From: Candidatus Levyibacteriota bacterium
GTDB taxonomy: Bacteria; Patescibacteriota; Microgenomatia; Levybacterales; UBA12049
Length of the DNA stretch: 64,000 bases
Assembly (NCBI GenBank): GCA_016432345.1
Contig: CP066685.1
Location: 48,236-112,235, forward strand
Direction of reading: 5' to 3'
The notes below the pieces were generated by a model that was not told the DNA's origin, did no database searches, and saw nothing but the letters and a program-made list of their open reading frames with translations. Below, one piece after another: positions 9,795-19,582 of the stretch. How positions within the stretch are numbered: the first letter of the stretch is position 1; each line of letters opens with the position of its first letter. A program made the position numbers and the translations under genes.

Positions 9795-10619
9795 TTACAT
9801 GTAGACCGCTAGAAGCTGTTTATATCTATATATCGCTTGCTTGACGTTGGTTAGCTCAGGTATCAAATATCTGTTTTTGTTGGTTTGATATTGTTTTTTG
9901 ACTTTATCAGAGGCTATAGACAATGCAATTTTTGTATAACTTTCACCTGCTAAATTTCGCCAATACCAATCCCTATCCCTTCGAATATTGTTTGCAGGGT
10001 CTTTTTTCATCCTGTAAAAGTGTTTAAGTAGTTGCTCATTTTCTTCAAAGATTTTAGGTACATTATCCTCAAAGATTTTTATCAAATCATCTTTAGTTGT
10101 CATGGGAGAAATACGGATAATAACTTCAGGATATGGGATTTCTTCAAGATGCAGTTCAGGCGGAAATACTTCTATGCTAGTTGTTCGATAGCTACTGTCG
10201 TCAACTTCACCGCAGACAATAGCACGTTGGATTATAGAGGTAAAATATTCAGGTCTTTTAAAATCCCTGCTTAGATTTTGTGTTTCCCATTCAAACCGCT
10301 TGTAATAGGCAACATATTGAAGGCGTCTTTCTATATCTTTGGGGTGTTTCTTAATATCTTCAAGTTCAGCCTCGATTTTGCCCGATTTATATCTTTCAGC
10401 TTGCCACTCGACACTCTCAAGCATTTTCTGTGAACGCCATGCATCGAAGTCTTCGTAAGATATTAACTTATCTATTGAGAATTTTTGCCTTAGTAAGGGC
10501 AAGAGTCTTAAAAATTCAGGTTTATCAAGAAGATAGGCACAATCCATATATGCAATATCATTTTTGCAGTTTATTTTTATCTTTAGTTTTAATAAATCAG
10601 AGTTGTCTTTTTGTTTCAT
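9795..10619 (-). CDS. Hypothetical protein (element cargo)
   Basis: 274-aa ORF with no motifs I recognise. Confidence 0.45.
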   Translation of the reverse strand: MKQKDNSDLLKLKIKINCKNDIAYMDCAYLLDKPEFLRLLPLLRQKFSIDKLISYEDFDAWRSQKMLESVEWQAERYKSGKIEAELEDIKKHPKDIERRLQYVAYYKRFEWETQNLSRDFKRPEYFTSIIQRAIVCGEVDDSSYRTTSIEVFPPELHLEEIPYPEVIIRISPMTTKDDLIKIFEDNVPKIFEENEQLLKHFYRMKKDPANNIRRDRDWYWRNLAGESYTKIALSIASDKVKKQYQTNKNRYLIPELTNVKQAIYRYKQLLAVYM

Positions 10620-10814
10620 AGTATCCTGTATATATTTTACACAAACTAGGGATGGGGGTGGTTAGCTTTAGAAATTATTTTTGTTACAATGTTCTTTGAT
10701 GCCTCTTATAATCGGGTCTAATTTTCAAAACTAGATTTTAGAGTAAAAACAGAGAGTCTTTCAGGTATAGAGTAAGACCAATAAAAACAACCATTAAAAA
10801 CTTGATGAAATCTT

Positions 10815-11297
10815 ATGGCAGACAAATTAATTTCAAACACAAAAAGGGATAAACTTTTAAATAAGTGTGAGAGTTTAATGCTCCAAGGGGTCGACAGTCC
10901 AACTGATATATCAGAATCCTTAAATGTTTCTTTTAATACCGCAAGAAGCTATGTAACCATCATTAAACAAAGATGGTCAAACTATTCAAACACTGAAGAA
11001 TTACAAGCTAAACGACAAGAATTAATTCGAAAAACAGAAGAAGTGATAAAAGAGGCGTGGACACTTAAAAATCACGCTAGAAACACCCTAGAAGCCGTTG
11101 GAAGCCTTCGCACTGCTCTCATGGGCATTGAGAGGCTACAAAAACTACTTGGGATTGATTCCTTGCCTATACCAATCGAGAAACCTGTTGAAATTCAGAC
11201 TTTTGAGCTTGCTCAAGAGGTTATTGCGTTACCTGAAGAAGATAAGAGTGTAGCGTTATCTATGATTAGAGAGGAAATTAAGAAAAGAGCTTGCTAA
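10815..11297 (+). CDS. Hypothetical protein, possible HTH
   Basis: 160-aa ORF. DSPTDISESLNVSFNTARSYVTII is HTH-like. Confidence 0.45.
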   Translation: MADKLISNTKRDKLLNKCESLMLQGVDSPTDISESLNVSFNTARSYVTIIKQRWSNYSNTEELQAKRQELIRKTEEVIKEAWTLKNHARNTLEAVGSLRTALMGIERLQKLLGIDSLPIPIEKPVEIQTFELAQEVIALPEEDKSVALSMIREEIKKRAC

Positions 11298-11365
11298 AAT
11301 ACCTATTGATTTTTTAATAAGGATTTGAGATAATTAATGTATAGGATAATAAATTTGAGAATTAT

Positions 11366-12085
11366 ATGAAAATTAAGAAAAAGGCTTCCTCTAAATATTC
11401 TTTTCAAAAAGGATTTTCCCCAATAATCATTGTTGTAATAGCTTTTGTTGTGCTTCTAGGCGGAGTATTTATATACTCAGTTTCAAAAAATCCAGCAGTC
11501 CAAAAACAGGTTGAGTTACAAAAATCCCTTCAAAATACTAGCCAAGATATTCCAAAAGGCAATGCTCACTGGGATAAATCACAAGATTTATTTTCCCAAA
11601 TGAAAAAAGAGACAGACACGGAAAAGATAAAAAAACTAAATGACCAGGCCATACAGGAGTTAAAAGCTGTACTTGATGAGATGCCGAATAATGCTAGAGT
11701 TTGGGATGAGCTTGGGAATGCATATACCTGGGTAAGCAGTTTAGATCCCAAAGCTCAGTTAGACTTAGGATTAGCAGCTTATAAAAAGGCAGAAGAATTA
11801 GACTCAAATAACACTGTCTATATAAATGCTGTGGGTGACCAACTAATAAGCATGCAGAGATACGATGAGGCTATTTTGCAATTTCAAAAGACTTTAAGGC
11901 TTACTCCTAATTCTGGCTATGCTAATTTGAGCTTATGTAATGCTTACAAAGGTGCAAAGGTTTATGATTCTGCCAGAGAAAGCTGCCAAAAGGCTATAGA
12001 TATATTCACTAATGAGAATAAAGACGGAAAGTATGACAGCCAGGTTTTAGAAGCAAAAAAAGCTATGGCTGGTATACCTAAATAA
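11366..12085 (+). CDS. TPR-repeat protein with N-terminal membrane anchor
   Basis: N-terminal TM segment (FSPIIIVVIAFVVLLGGVFIY), followed by TPR-like repeats (WDELGNAY..., AYKKAEELD..., YDEAILQFQKTLRL...). Confidence 0.65.
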   Translation: MKIKKKASSKYSFQKGFSPIIIVVIAFVVLLGGVFIYSVSKNPAVQKQVELQKSLQNTSQDIPKGNAHWDKSQDLFSQMKKETDTEKIKKLNDQAIQELKAVLDEMPNNARVWDELGNAYTWVSSLDPKAQLDLGLAAYKKAEELDSNNTVYINAVGDQLISMQRYDEAILQFQKTLRLTPNSGYANLSLCNAYKGAKVYDSARESCQKAIDIFTNENKDGKYDSQVLEAKKAMAGIPK

Positions 12086-12091
12086 TATTAT

Positions 12092-12445
12092 ATGAATAGA
12101 CCAAAATTTTTAACAGGTTGGCTAATTTTTATGATTATTGGAAATGTATTCTCTCTTTATTCCTATACTTTAGGTTCTGATAACATAGCAAAGACGCTAC
12201 CCAATATGCCTTCCTGGGCAATAACTGTATTTGCAGTAGGAGCAGTAGTAAATTTATTTGCTGTTGTAATGTTATGGATGTGGAAGAAAATGGGTTTTTA
12301 TATCCTAATTGGTTTAGCAATCGTTGTAGCTTCGTTGAATGGTATGCTATTAGGGGTTGCAGGAGTTTTTGCAAGTCTTTTTTCTCTGATTGGAGTAGGA
12401 ATTCTTTACCTAGCTATGAAGCCAGTTTGGCAAAACTTCAAATAA
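12092..12445 (+). CDS. Small multi-pass membrane protein
   Basis: 117 aa with about four hydrophobic segments. Confidence 0.5.
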   Translation: MNRPKFLTGWLIFMIIGNVFSLYSYTLGSDNIAKTLPNMPSWAITVFAVGAVVNLFAVVMLWMWKKMGFYILIGLAIVVASLNGMLLGVAGVFASLFSLIGVGILYLAMKPVWQNFK

Positions 12446-12614
12446 AATAATTGCCTCTGCAGAATATACAAGGATCAAAATAAACTTAAAGACAATCCTT
12501 TGACCTGGATTTTTTAACTTCAGTAAGAAGATTCTGCTATAATTACAGGGCAGAATAAACGGGAACCATAGAATAATTATTGATAAAATAGGTTCTAACA
12601 GCGTCAATGGTTCG

Positions 12615-12709
12615 CCGCCAAGGAGAGGTCGCATAGCGGACTAGTGCAGCAGTTTTGAAAACTGCCGTGACAGCAATGTTACCGTGGGTTCGAATCCCAC
12701 CCTCTCCGC
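12615..12709 (+). repeat. Direct repeat, right (att-like)
   Basis: Identical to 7024-7118. Diverges after ...CTCTCCGC: TA here versus CA on the left. Confidence 0.9.
12622..12708 (+). tRNA. tRNA-Ser(UGA), copy 2, no encoded CCA
   Basis: Sequence identical to 7031-7117. Followed by CTA rather than CCA. Confidence 0.85.
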
Positions 12710-12719
12710 TACGTAAAAC

Positions 12720-13574
12720 GTGGCTTCGCAAAAGTGTTATGATAAATATGTGGAGTATCAGGAAATTGATAATTGGGAAAAAGTATCAGAACTTAAAAAA
12801 CTTTTAGATTTATCAACAAAGCCAAAACATCTCTATTACATAGGCAACCTCGATCCTCAAATTTTTAAGCATTGTGCGGCAATTGTGGGGTCGAGAAAAA
12901 TGACTTCTTATGGACAAACAGTTGTTGAGAAAATGGCACCTCGGCTTATTTCCCAAAATATCACCATAGTTTCTGGGTTTATGTATGGGGTAGATCAATA
13001 TGCTCACAGAGTTTGCGTTGAGAGCGGGGGTAAAACAATTGCAGTTTTTGGTTGGGGAATAAACACTAAATTAACAGGTAATGATTTGAAACTGGCCAAA
13101 GATATTATCGCAAGCGGAGGATTATTACTGTCTGAATGGGAAGAACAAAAAGCATCTCATTGGACATTTCCTGTTAGAAACAGAATTGTAGCCGCTTTAT
13201 CTGATGCTGTGTATGTGGTGGAAGCAGCGTTGCACAGTGGTTCTTTAATTACTGCAAGACTGGCTCTAAAACTTAAAAAAGAGCTCTTCGCAGTTCCCGG
13301 ACCAATTACTTCTCGCACCTCTTTTGGCACCAATAAATTAATAGCGGATGGAAAAGCCAAAGTGTGGTTGGGGCAGGATGCAATAAACATTTTGCAGTCT
13401 GTCATTGATGATCCAATGCTGCAAATTTTAGATAACGAAGCATTAAGCGCTGATGAGTTGGCTTTGAAACTGAATGTTCCAATTTCTAAAATTGGAGCTA
13501 AACTTTCCATGTTTTTGTTGTCTGGTCAACTTAATGAAAAAGGAGGAAAATATTACATAAACTATGTTAGTTAA
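12720..13574 (+). CDS. dprA: DNA processing protein DprA (Smf)
   Basis: AIVGSRKMTSYG, IVSGFMYGVDQYAHR, GGKTIAVFGWGI and SGSLITARLALKLKKELFAVPG are typical DprA Rossmann-fold motifs. GTG start. Confidence 0.85.
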   Translation: MASQKCYDKYVEYQEIDNWEKVSELKKLLDLSTKPKHLYYIGNLDPQIFKHCAAIVGSRKMTSYGQTVVEKMAPRLISQNITIVSGFMYGVDQYAHRVCVESGGKTIAVFGWGINTKLTGNDLKLAKDIIASGGLLLSEWEEQKASHWTFPVRNRIVAALSDAVYVVEAALHSGSLITARLALKLKKELFAVPGPITSRTSFGTNKLIADGKAKVWLGQDAINILQSVIDDPMLQILDNEALSADELALKLNVPISKIGAKLSMFLLSGQLNEKGGKYYINYVS

Positions 13575-15111
13575 AATTCCCTCCATTGCCAATATTGGTT
13601 TAGAAACTGTGCCTATAGATGTGGAGGTGGATGTGGCGTCGGCCGGGTTTCCCGGATTTACTATTGTCGGGCTGGCTAGTAAAGCTGTGGAGGAGGCAAG
13701 GGAGAGAGTTAAAACAGCTATTATTAACTCGAAGTTGGATTTTCCAGGCAGAAAAATTACCGTTAATCTTGCTCCAGCAGATTTGCCTAAAGATGGAGCG
13801 GCTTATGATTTGCCAATTGCCATAGGGGTACTTTTGGCCAGCGGACAGTTACATCTGCCAAAAGAATTCAATCTTTCAAAATCATTTTTTTATGGCGAAT
13901 TATCATTAGACGGGACGCTGCGGCCAACACGTGGAATTTTACTGCTGGGCCTTTTTGCCCAAAAAATTCGCGCCTCCTCAATTTTTGTACCAGCCCAATC
14001 TGCATACGAAGCTAGTGTAGTTAAGGATATTGCCGTCGTGGGGCTAAATTCATTGTCAGAGCTAATTTTACATTTGTCGGGTGCCAAAGTAATTAATCCT
14101 TTAACGCACTCTAAAGCAAAAAAGAAGCTAGATTCCGAGCATGGAGAGTTTGATTTATCAGAAATTGCCGGGCAAGAACAAGCCAAAAGGGCACTAATTA
14201 TTGCTGCTTCCGGCGGACATAATCTGTTAATGTGGGGTCCTCCTGGAACAGGAAAGACCATGTTGTCCCGCTCCCTTCCAGGCATTTTGCCTCCGTTAAC
14301 TCTGGAAGAGAGTTTAGAAGTAACCAGAATTTACTCTGTTTCTGGTTTGATGTCTTCGGATCAACCGCTTATTTCCAAAAGGCCATTTCGATCGCCTCAT
14401 CATGGCATCTCAACAGCAGGAATGGTAGGAGGCGGCAGCAACCCTTTGCCAGGAGAGGTAAGTTTGGCCCATTTGGGGGTGTTGTTTTTGGATGAAATGC
14501 CGGAATTTCAAAGGGGTTTAATTGAAAGTTTACGACAGCCGATGGAGGATGGAACAGTGGAGATTGTGAGAGTTTTGGGGCATGTGAAGTACCCTGCCAG
14601 TTTTACTCTGATTGCGGCTATTAATCCTTGTCCTTGCGGGTATTTAGGGCATCCTAAAAAGGAATGTAAATGCTCTGAAAAACAGATTATTAAATATAAA
14701 CAGCGAATTTCAGGGCCTATTTTAGATCGGGTTGATTTATTTGTCCAGGTAGGTGTAGTAGAAACAGAAAAACTATCTGTAACATCACAAAATAAGGCAT
14801 ACCGATTGTCGTCAAAAGAGGCAAGAGAAAAAGTAATCAGTGCCCGTAAACTGCAAAAACAAAGATTCAAATATGAAAAGAGAAATATCTACACTAATTC
14901 CCAGATGAAAAATAGCGATGTGAAAAAGTACGCTAATTTAGAAAAAGAAGCAGAAAATCTGCTAAAACTTGCTTCCGATAAGTTTGATTTTTCCGCCAGA
15001 AGCTATTTTCGTTTAATAAAAGTGGCAAGGACTATTGCTGATTTAGAGGACTCAAGCAGTATAAAGCCTTTACACATGGCTGAAGCTTTGCAATATAAGC
15101 AGATGATATGA
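13564..15111 (+). CDS. comM: YifB/ComM family Mg-chelatase-like ATPase
   Basis: N-terminal Lon-like domain, Walker A GPPGTGKTM, Walker B LFLDEMPEF and a CPCG zinc motif. Overlaps dprA by 11 nt. Confidence 0.9.
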   Translation: MLVKIPSIANIGLETVPIDVEVDVASAGFPGFTIVGLASKAVEEARERVKTAIINSKLDFPGRKITVNLAPADLPKDGAAYDLPIAIGVLLASGQLHLPKEFNLSKSFFYGELSLDGTLRPTRGILLLGLFAQKIRASSIFVPAQSAYEASVVKDIAVVGLNSLSELILHLSGAKVINPLTHSKAKKKLDSEHGEFDLSEIAGQEQAKRALIIAASGGHNLLMWGPPGTGKTMLSRSLPGILPPLTLEESLEVTRIYSVSGLMSSDQPLISKRPFRSPHHGISTAGMVGGGSNPLPGEVSLAHLGVLFLDEMPEFQRGLIESLRQPMEDGTVEIVRVLGHVKYPASFTLIAAINPCPCGYLGHPKKECKCSEKQIIKYKQRISGPILDRVDLFVQVGVVETEKLSVTSQNKAYRLSSKEAREKVISARKLQKQRFKYEKRNIYTNSQMKNSDVKKYANLEKEAENLLKLASDKFDFSARSYFRLIKVARTIADLEDSSSIKPLHMAEALQYKQMI

Positions 15112-15464
15112 AAGCGCATAACAGACAAACAGGAATTTTGGCAGAAAATTTAGCTGCAGAGGAGCTGGCTAAAAAAGGCTACTCTATTTTAGAGCGAAAC
15201 TTTAGCAATCGCTATGGTGAAATAGATATTATTGCCAAAGATAAAGAAATGTTAATTTTTGTGGAGGTAAAAGCAAAGAGGGGAATAGAATTTGGCACAC
15301 CCGAAGAAATGATAACTGCTTATAAATTAAAACGAGTCCAAAATATGGCCACCATCTACATGAAAGGTAAAAATTTGCCTTGCAGAATTGATGTGGTAGC
15401 AATCGTTTTTTCTCCAGATAACAAGATACTGTCTTTAACTCATTACAAAAATGTTTACTTCTAA
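15108..15464 (+). CDS. YraN family endonuclease (UPF0102)
   Basis: YGEIDIIAKD...LIFVEVKAKR motif. ATGA overlap with comM. Confidence 0.8.
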   Translation: MKAHNRQTGILAENLAAEELAKKGYSILERNFSNRYGEIDIIAKDKEMLIFVEVKAKRGIEFGTPEEMITAYKLKRVQNMATIYMKGKNLPCRIDVVAIVFSPDNKILSLTHYKNVYF

Positions 15465-16095
15465 TTTTGTGGGTATACTTGATTTTTTGTTTCCCAAATA
15501 CTGCGTTAATTGTAAAAAGCTGGGATCGTATCTTTGCTCCGATTGCTTTTCTTACATTTCATTCAGCGAACAAAATACTAATAGTAGATATTTTTCTGCT
15601 ATTGCTTACAAAGGTGTGGTTAGGAAACTTATTTTCCAGTTTAAGTATAAACCATACTTGTCGGATCTTCGCAGTGTGTTGTCAGACCTTTTTTATGAAA
15701 GTTTAATTCAGCAAGAGAAATTTATGCAGATTTTAGAGACAAATCCTATTTTAGTTTCTATTCCGCTTCATAAATCAAGATTACAAAAGAGAGGATATAA
15801 TCATGCTCAAATTTTGGCAGAAGACCTAGCGAAGAGATTTGGTTTGTCTTACGTTGATTTACTCAAGCGGGTAAAGAAAACATTGTCGCAGTATGGTCTT
15901 AAAAAAGATGAGCGCAGAAAAAACGTTGCTGGCGCTTTTGTTTTTATAAATGATAAGCAACAAGTAATAAGAGATAGGTATGTTTTTTTAGTTGACGATA
16001 TTTTAACTACCGGCGCAACTATAAACGAAGCTACGCTGGTTCTCCAAAAAGCTGGGGCCAAAAACGTGTGGGGACTCGCCCTTGCGAGAGATTAG
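15451..16095 (+). CDS. comFC: ComF family phosphoribosyltransferase (ComFC)
   Basis: N-terminal CxxC...CxxC and the PRTase motif FLVDDILTTGATINE. Confidence 0.85.
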   Translation: MFTSNFVGILDFLFPKYCVNCKKLGSYLCSDCFSYISFSEQNTNSRYFSAIAYKGVVRKLIFQFKYKPYLSDLRSVLSDLFYESLIQQEKFMQILETNPILVSIPLHKSRLQKRGYNHAQILAEDLAKRFGLSYVDLLKRVKKTLSQYGLKKDERRKNVAGAFVFINDKQQVIRDRYVFLVDDILTTGATINEATLVLQKAGAKNVWGLALARD

Positions 16096-16097
16096 TG

Positions 16098-16505
16098 TGG
16101 AGATGTCCGAGAGTGACTCGGAGTCCAAGAGCGACAATAAAAAACATCTACAAGCATAGTTGATTTTTAAGAGTCATTTTATTCTTTGTCAATCAACAAA
16201 CATGAATAAAATCAAGGTTTAATAAATAAAATAAGGACAAAAACCAATCTTCCTTACCATTTCTCAACTGTGTTTCTGCCTATACCGTCCCATTGAGAAA
16301 GATGATATAAACAAACCTTAAGCTCTCGCTAACGCGAGTTCTCTTTGGTTAAGCATTCCAAGCTCGGACATAATTGCGTATGCCTCTGCAAAGAGTGCTC
16401 GTCTGCTGGTTTTAATAGCAGTTATTATTTGATCTTTTTTACGACTGTTATCAAAGTCGGCTTGCAGTTTTTTAACGTACATTCTTGTCGATGCAATGCA
16501 TCCCC
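16098..16505 (-). ncRNA. ssrA: tmRNA (ssrA)
   Basis: 5' GGGGATGCATTGCATCGACAAG pairs with 3' CATCTCC-A to give a 7-bp acceptor stem containing G3:U70. A tRNA-like 3' arm reads GGACTCCGAGTCACTCTCGGA. An internal frame ends ...NQRELALARA-TAA at 16318-16320. Starts 37 nt downstream of smpB on the same strand. Confidence 0.8.
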
Positions 16506-16541
16506 AAGTAAAAGTATTATATCCCAAAACTGTGGCAAAAG

Positions 16542-16973
16542 TCAAGTGATTTCCGAGGCTATTTCTCTTTCAATATCTTTCTGCTTTTTTGCCTCTTTTT
16601 TCTCGTACTTCTTTTTACCCTTTCCTAAGGCTAATTCGAGCTTGATAAAGTGGTCGTTGGTATATAAAGAAAGAGGAACAATAGTTAGGTTTTGCCCTTC
16701 TATTTTTGATTTGAGGGCAATAATTTCTTTCTTATGGAGCAGGAGCTTTCGCGTTCTTCTTTCGTCATAATTCTCCGGTCGGGCATACTTGTAGGGGAAA
16801 ATTTTGGCATTGATAAGATAGGCTTCAGAGCCAGTAATGCGAACATGCGAGCCTGTTAAATCAGCATGGCCGCCTCGCACTGCTTTTACTTCGGATCCTA
16901 ACAGGTTAATGCCTGCCTCAAACCGCTCAAAAATTTGATAATCATAAAATGCCCGTCTATTGTTAATTTTCAT
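16542..16973 (-). CDS. smpB: SsrA-binding protein SmpB
   Basis: NRRAFYDYQIFERFEAGINLLGSEVKAVRGG and the C-terminal basic tail are classic SmpB features. Confidence 0.9.
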   Translation of the reverse strand: MKINNRRAFYDYQIFERFEAGINLLGSEVKAVRGGHADLTGSHVRITGSEAYLINAKIFPYKYARPENYDERRTRKLLLHKKEIIALKSKIEGQNLTIVPLSLYTNDHFIKLELALGKGKKKYEKKEAKKQKDIEREIASEIT

Positions 16974-16976
16974 ACA

Positions 16977-18716
16977 TCAGAAATCAATTTCCCATATTTT
17001 ATCACTGCTTAAGACAAAAATCTTTTTATCTTTTTCCAAAACTTCAAACTCTTGAGCATCTTTAAATATATTTGCTTGATATTGTGTTTGGTAGACACCT
17101 GTTTTATTTAAAACCACAATTCGGCTGTTGCCGTTGTCTAAAATATACAGGCTGTCTATTTCTGTATCGGTAAAAATTCTTTGCGGTTTTGATAAGGGTT
17201 TGTCAAGTTCGGAAACCTTAAAATCTTCCTGTTTGCCGCGAGTAAATTTTTTAACTTCCCCGTTTTCAAAAAGGACAAAAATCGAAGCATCAATTGCTAA
17301 CGAAGTTACTTTTGAGAAGTCTTGTGTTTTTCCAGCAAGGTAATTTGTCTTGATATATTCATCCTCGCTTGGCACAAATTTTAAAATCTGACCCCTATTT
17401 TTATCAAGCACATAAATGTTTCCGTTGTATGCCCCAAGCCCCGAAGCATTTGTCCAATGGTCTTTATTTGGAATAAGCGTTTTTTTATTTTTCGTTTTTT
17501 TATCTATAGAAAAAATGGCGCTCTCGGTTAAAACAAAGATATTTTTTTCATCTTGAGTAGAGTAGAGGGCATTATTTTCTTTTGCAGCGGTAAGAAGAAG
17601 ACTGTCTTTTGCGTCAGCAGGTTTTGCCTCCACTATGCTAATGCCCGAGGCAGATTGCAAAGCGGAGTCTATTTTTGCAGATAACTCGGAAAGTTTTTTT
17701 TCATATTTTGATCCTTTTTTAAATTTATTTTTGCCTTCATTTACAAGCTTTTTCGCTTCTAAAAAGTCGTCTCGGCTCAAGTTTTTGTTAAGCGAGAAAA
17801 GACTTTGTCCTTCATCATATTTTTTCTGGGCTTTGGAAAATACTTCTTCAAACAAAGCATCATTTTTTGCCGCCTCTTTTTGCCGCAATACAAATATGCT
17901 GCTTCCCAAAAGCAATAGAATTAAAGCTGTTGTTATAACAAGAAATGTTTTTTGTTTGCGCGAAAAACTAAAATTCAAATAATAAAAGCGATTAGATATT
18001 AAGTTTCTAATCCAGGTCCAGGTTTGAATTGACAATGTCATAATTTTCTTTTTGACATTTATCTCTTGTTTTTCTTCCATTATCGTTTGTTCTTCTGTGG
18101 TTTCTGTGAGTGTTTCTTTATAGGTAATAACTATGGCAGAGGCGCCGCCTTCTTCTTTTTCGTGCAATATAGGAGAAAGGTTTTCGGCAATTTCCGAAAG
18201 ACTGTTGTGGTCGATTGCGCTGGCAAGTTGTGTTTTGGAAATTATTTTCCCAAACTGCTCTGTTTGTAAAATAATAATGTCGTTATCCTCCAAAAACCCT
18301 GATGCAGATGCGACTATTGCTTTTTGAGAGGTTAGAAGAAGTCCTAGTTTATTTGCTCGTTTTAGATATATTTTTGAGTCTCCCACGGCAATGACATACA
18401 AAACATTGTCCAGTACCGAGCACAGCGCCAAAGATAAGCTGATATTTTCTTTTTCCAGCGCTTGTTTTATAGCAATTTCTGTGGCTGTTTTTATGGCAGA
18501 CAAAGTTTTATTCTCTATGGTGAAATACTCGGCCTCCAGCGTATTTAAAATTTCTTTGCCAATTGTGCCAAGGGATAAATCTTCGTTTACTTTTGGTTCG
18601 GATGAATACGAAATAGAAACAACAGCAAAAAGATTTCCAGCAGTATAGCTTTGAGACCAAGACGAGGCAGTTGGAGAAGCAACAACGGTTGCGGCATGTA
18701 GTCGCTTGTTTTCCAT
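16977..18716 (-). CDS. Membrane protein with N-terminal PPM/PP2C-like domain and C-terminal beta-rich domain
   Basis: NLFAVVSISY...LYVIAVGDSKIYLKR...DNDIIILQTEQF resembles a degenerate PP2C/SpoIIE fold. One TM segment (FLVITTALILLLLGSSIFVL). Function unknown. Confidence 0.45.
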   Translation of the reverse strand: MENKRLHAATVVASPTASSWSQSYTAGNLFAVVSISYSSEPKVNEDLSLGTIGKEILNTLEAEYFTIENKTLSAIKTATEIAIKQALEKENISLSLALCSVLDNVLYVIAVGDSKIYLKRANKLGLLLTSQKAIVASASGFLEDNDIIILQTEQFGKIISKTQLASAIDHNSLSEIAENLSPILHEKEEGGASAIVITYKETLTETTEEQTIMEEKQEINVKKKIMTLSIQTWTWIRNLISNRFYYLNFSFSRKQKTFLVITTALILLLLGSSIFVLRQKEAAKNDALFEEVFSKAQKKYDEGQSLFSLNKNLSRDDFLEAKKLVNEGKNKFKKGSKYEKKLSELSAKIDSALQSASGISIVEAKPADAKDSLLLTAAKENNALYSTQDEKNIFVLTESAIFSIDKKTKNKKTLIPNKDHWTNASGLGAYNGNIYVLDKNRGQILKFVPSEDEYIKTNYLAGKTQDFSKVTSLAIDASIFVLFENGEVKKFTRGKQEDFKVSELDKPLSKPQRIFTDTEIDSLYILDNGNSRIVVLNKTGVYQTQYQANIFKDAQEFEVLEKDKKIFVLSSDKIWEIDF

Positions 18717-18721
18717 GTGTG

Positions 18722-18961
18722 TTACAGTATAACAAGAGCGTAAATAAAAAGCGAAATTGCCGCTATAAGATTAAAGCCTGTAATAAATGCAAGAAATGTT
18801 GAAGAGTGTGTTTCTTGTATCACTTTATTCATTACTCTTGTCTGGTGAAATACAACAAAGGTAAAAACCGCATATAAAAATAGAATAATAAGAAAAAAAG
18901 ATTTTAAAAGAAACTGCGGTAAAAGAATCGTATTTAGATCAGGCATGACTTCCTTTCCCAA
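18722..18961 (-). CDS. Small membrane protein
   Basis: 79 aa with two hydrophobic segments. Confidence 0.4.
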   Translation of the reverse strand: MGKEVMPDLNTILLPQFLLKSFFLIILFLYAVFTFVVFHQTRVMNKVIQETHSSTFLAFITGFNLIAAISLFIYALVIL

Positions 18962-19577
18962 TCAGGTCTTGAATTATGTTAACTACTTTTGTTGGGTTAG
19001 GAACTGCAAGAAAATCAAAATGAAGTTTTTCGCCGGCGGTTTGCACAAAAACATCGCCATAGTTAAATAACGATCGAATAAACCCTGTTTGCGTATAGTT
19101 TACGTCTTCGATAAGGCTAAGTTTGGTTACGGCGACATCGTGATACAAAAGGTCTGAAAAATCAATATCAACCACCCTTTTTTGAGTAACAAACGATATA
19201 TTAAAATACCAAGTGATAAATTCAACTAATGCAAATGTTAAAACAACAAGGTAATAAAAGATCAGAAAGATTTGCGTAAAGGCGCTAGGGAGAGAGAAAA
19301 AAAGAAATGCAGAAAGTTCAGAGGAAAGAAGCGGCAGTAGAGGAGGGATAATAAAAAGGAGAAATACCAGCGTAATCCAGGGAACATTGGTTATAAAGTG
19401 GCGGCGCAAAAGAAGCAAAATTATTTCGTTTGCTTCTTGGTTTTGAAACGATACTTCTCTTGGATGATCGCAAAATGATGCGAAATGATGAACGTGAGCA
19501 GACTTTTTAAGTACAGTATCTGTTTGCGTTTTGGATGCTGTAGAAGTATTTTTTTCTGTAGTAAAAATATCTGGCAT
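18939..19577 (-). CDS. Membrane protein, bacterial PH (YdbT-like) topology
   Basis: Two TM segments followed by a soluble beta-rich tail. LLRRHFITNVPWI resembles bPH-domain proteins. Confidence 0.45.
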   Translation of the reverse strand: MPDIFTTEKNTSTASKTQTDTVLKKSAHVHHFASFCDHPREVSFQNQEANEIILLLLRRHFITNVPWITLVFLLFIIPPLLPLLSSELSAFLFFSLPSAFTQIFLIFYYLVVLTFALVEFITWYFNISFVTQKRVVDIDFSDLLYHDVAVTKLSLIEDVNYTQTGFIRSLFNYGDVFVQTAGEKLHFDFLAVPNPTKVVNIIQDLIGKGSHA

Positions 19578-19582
19578 AATAT

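Noticed and set aside
12543-12731. 62-aa minus-strand ORF
   Set aside because: It reads antisense through the second tRNA-Ser(UGA) copy (…GGIRTHG…, typical of a translated tRNA T-arm). It is not a gene.
16318-16545. 75-aa minus-strand ORF between comFC and smpB
   Set aside because: It lies inside the tmRNA. Only its last codons (…ELALARA) are meaningful, as the tag reading frame.
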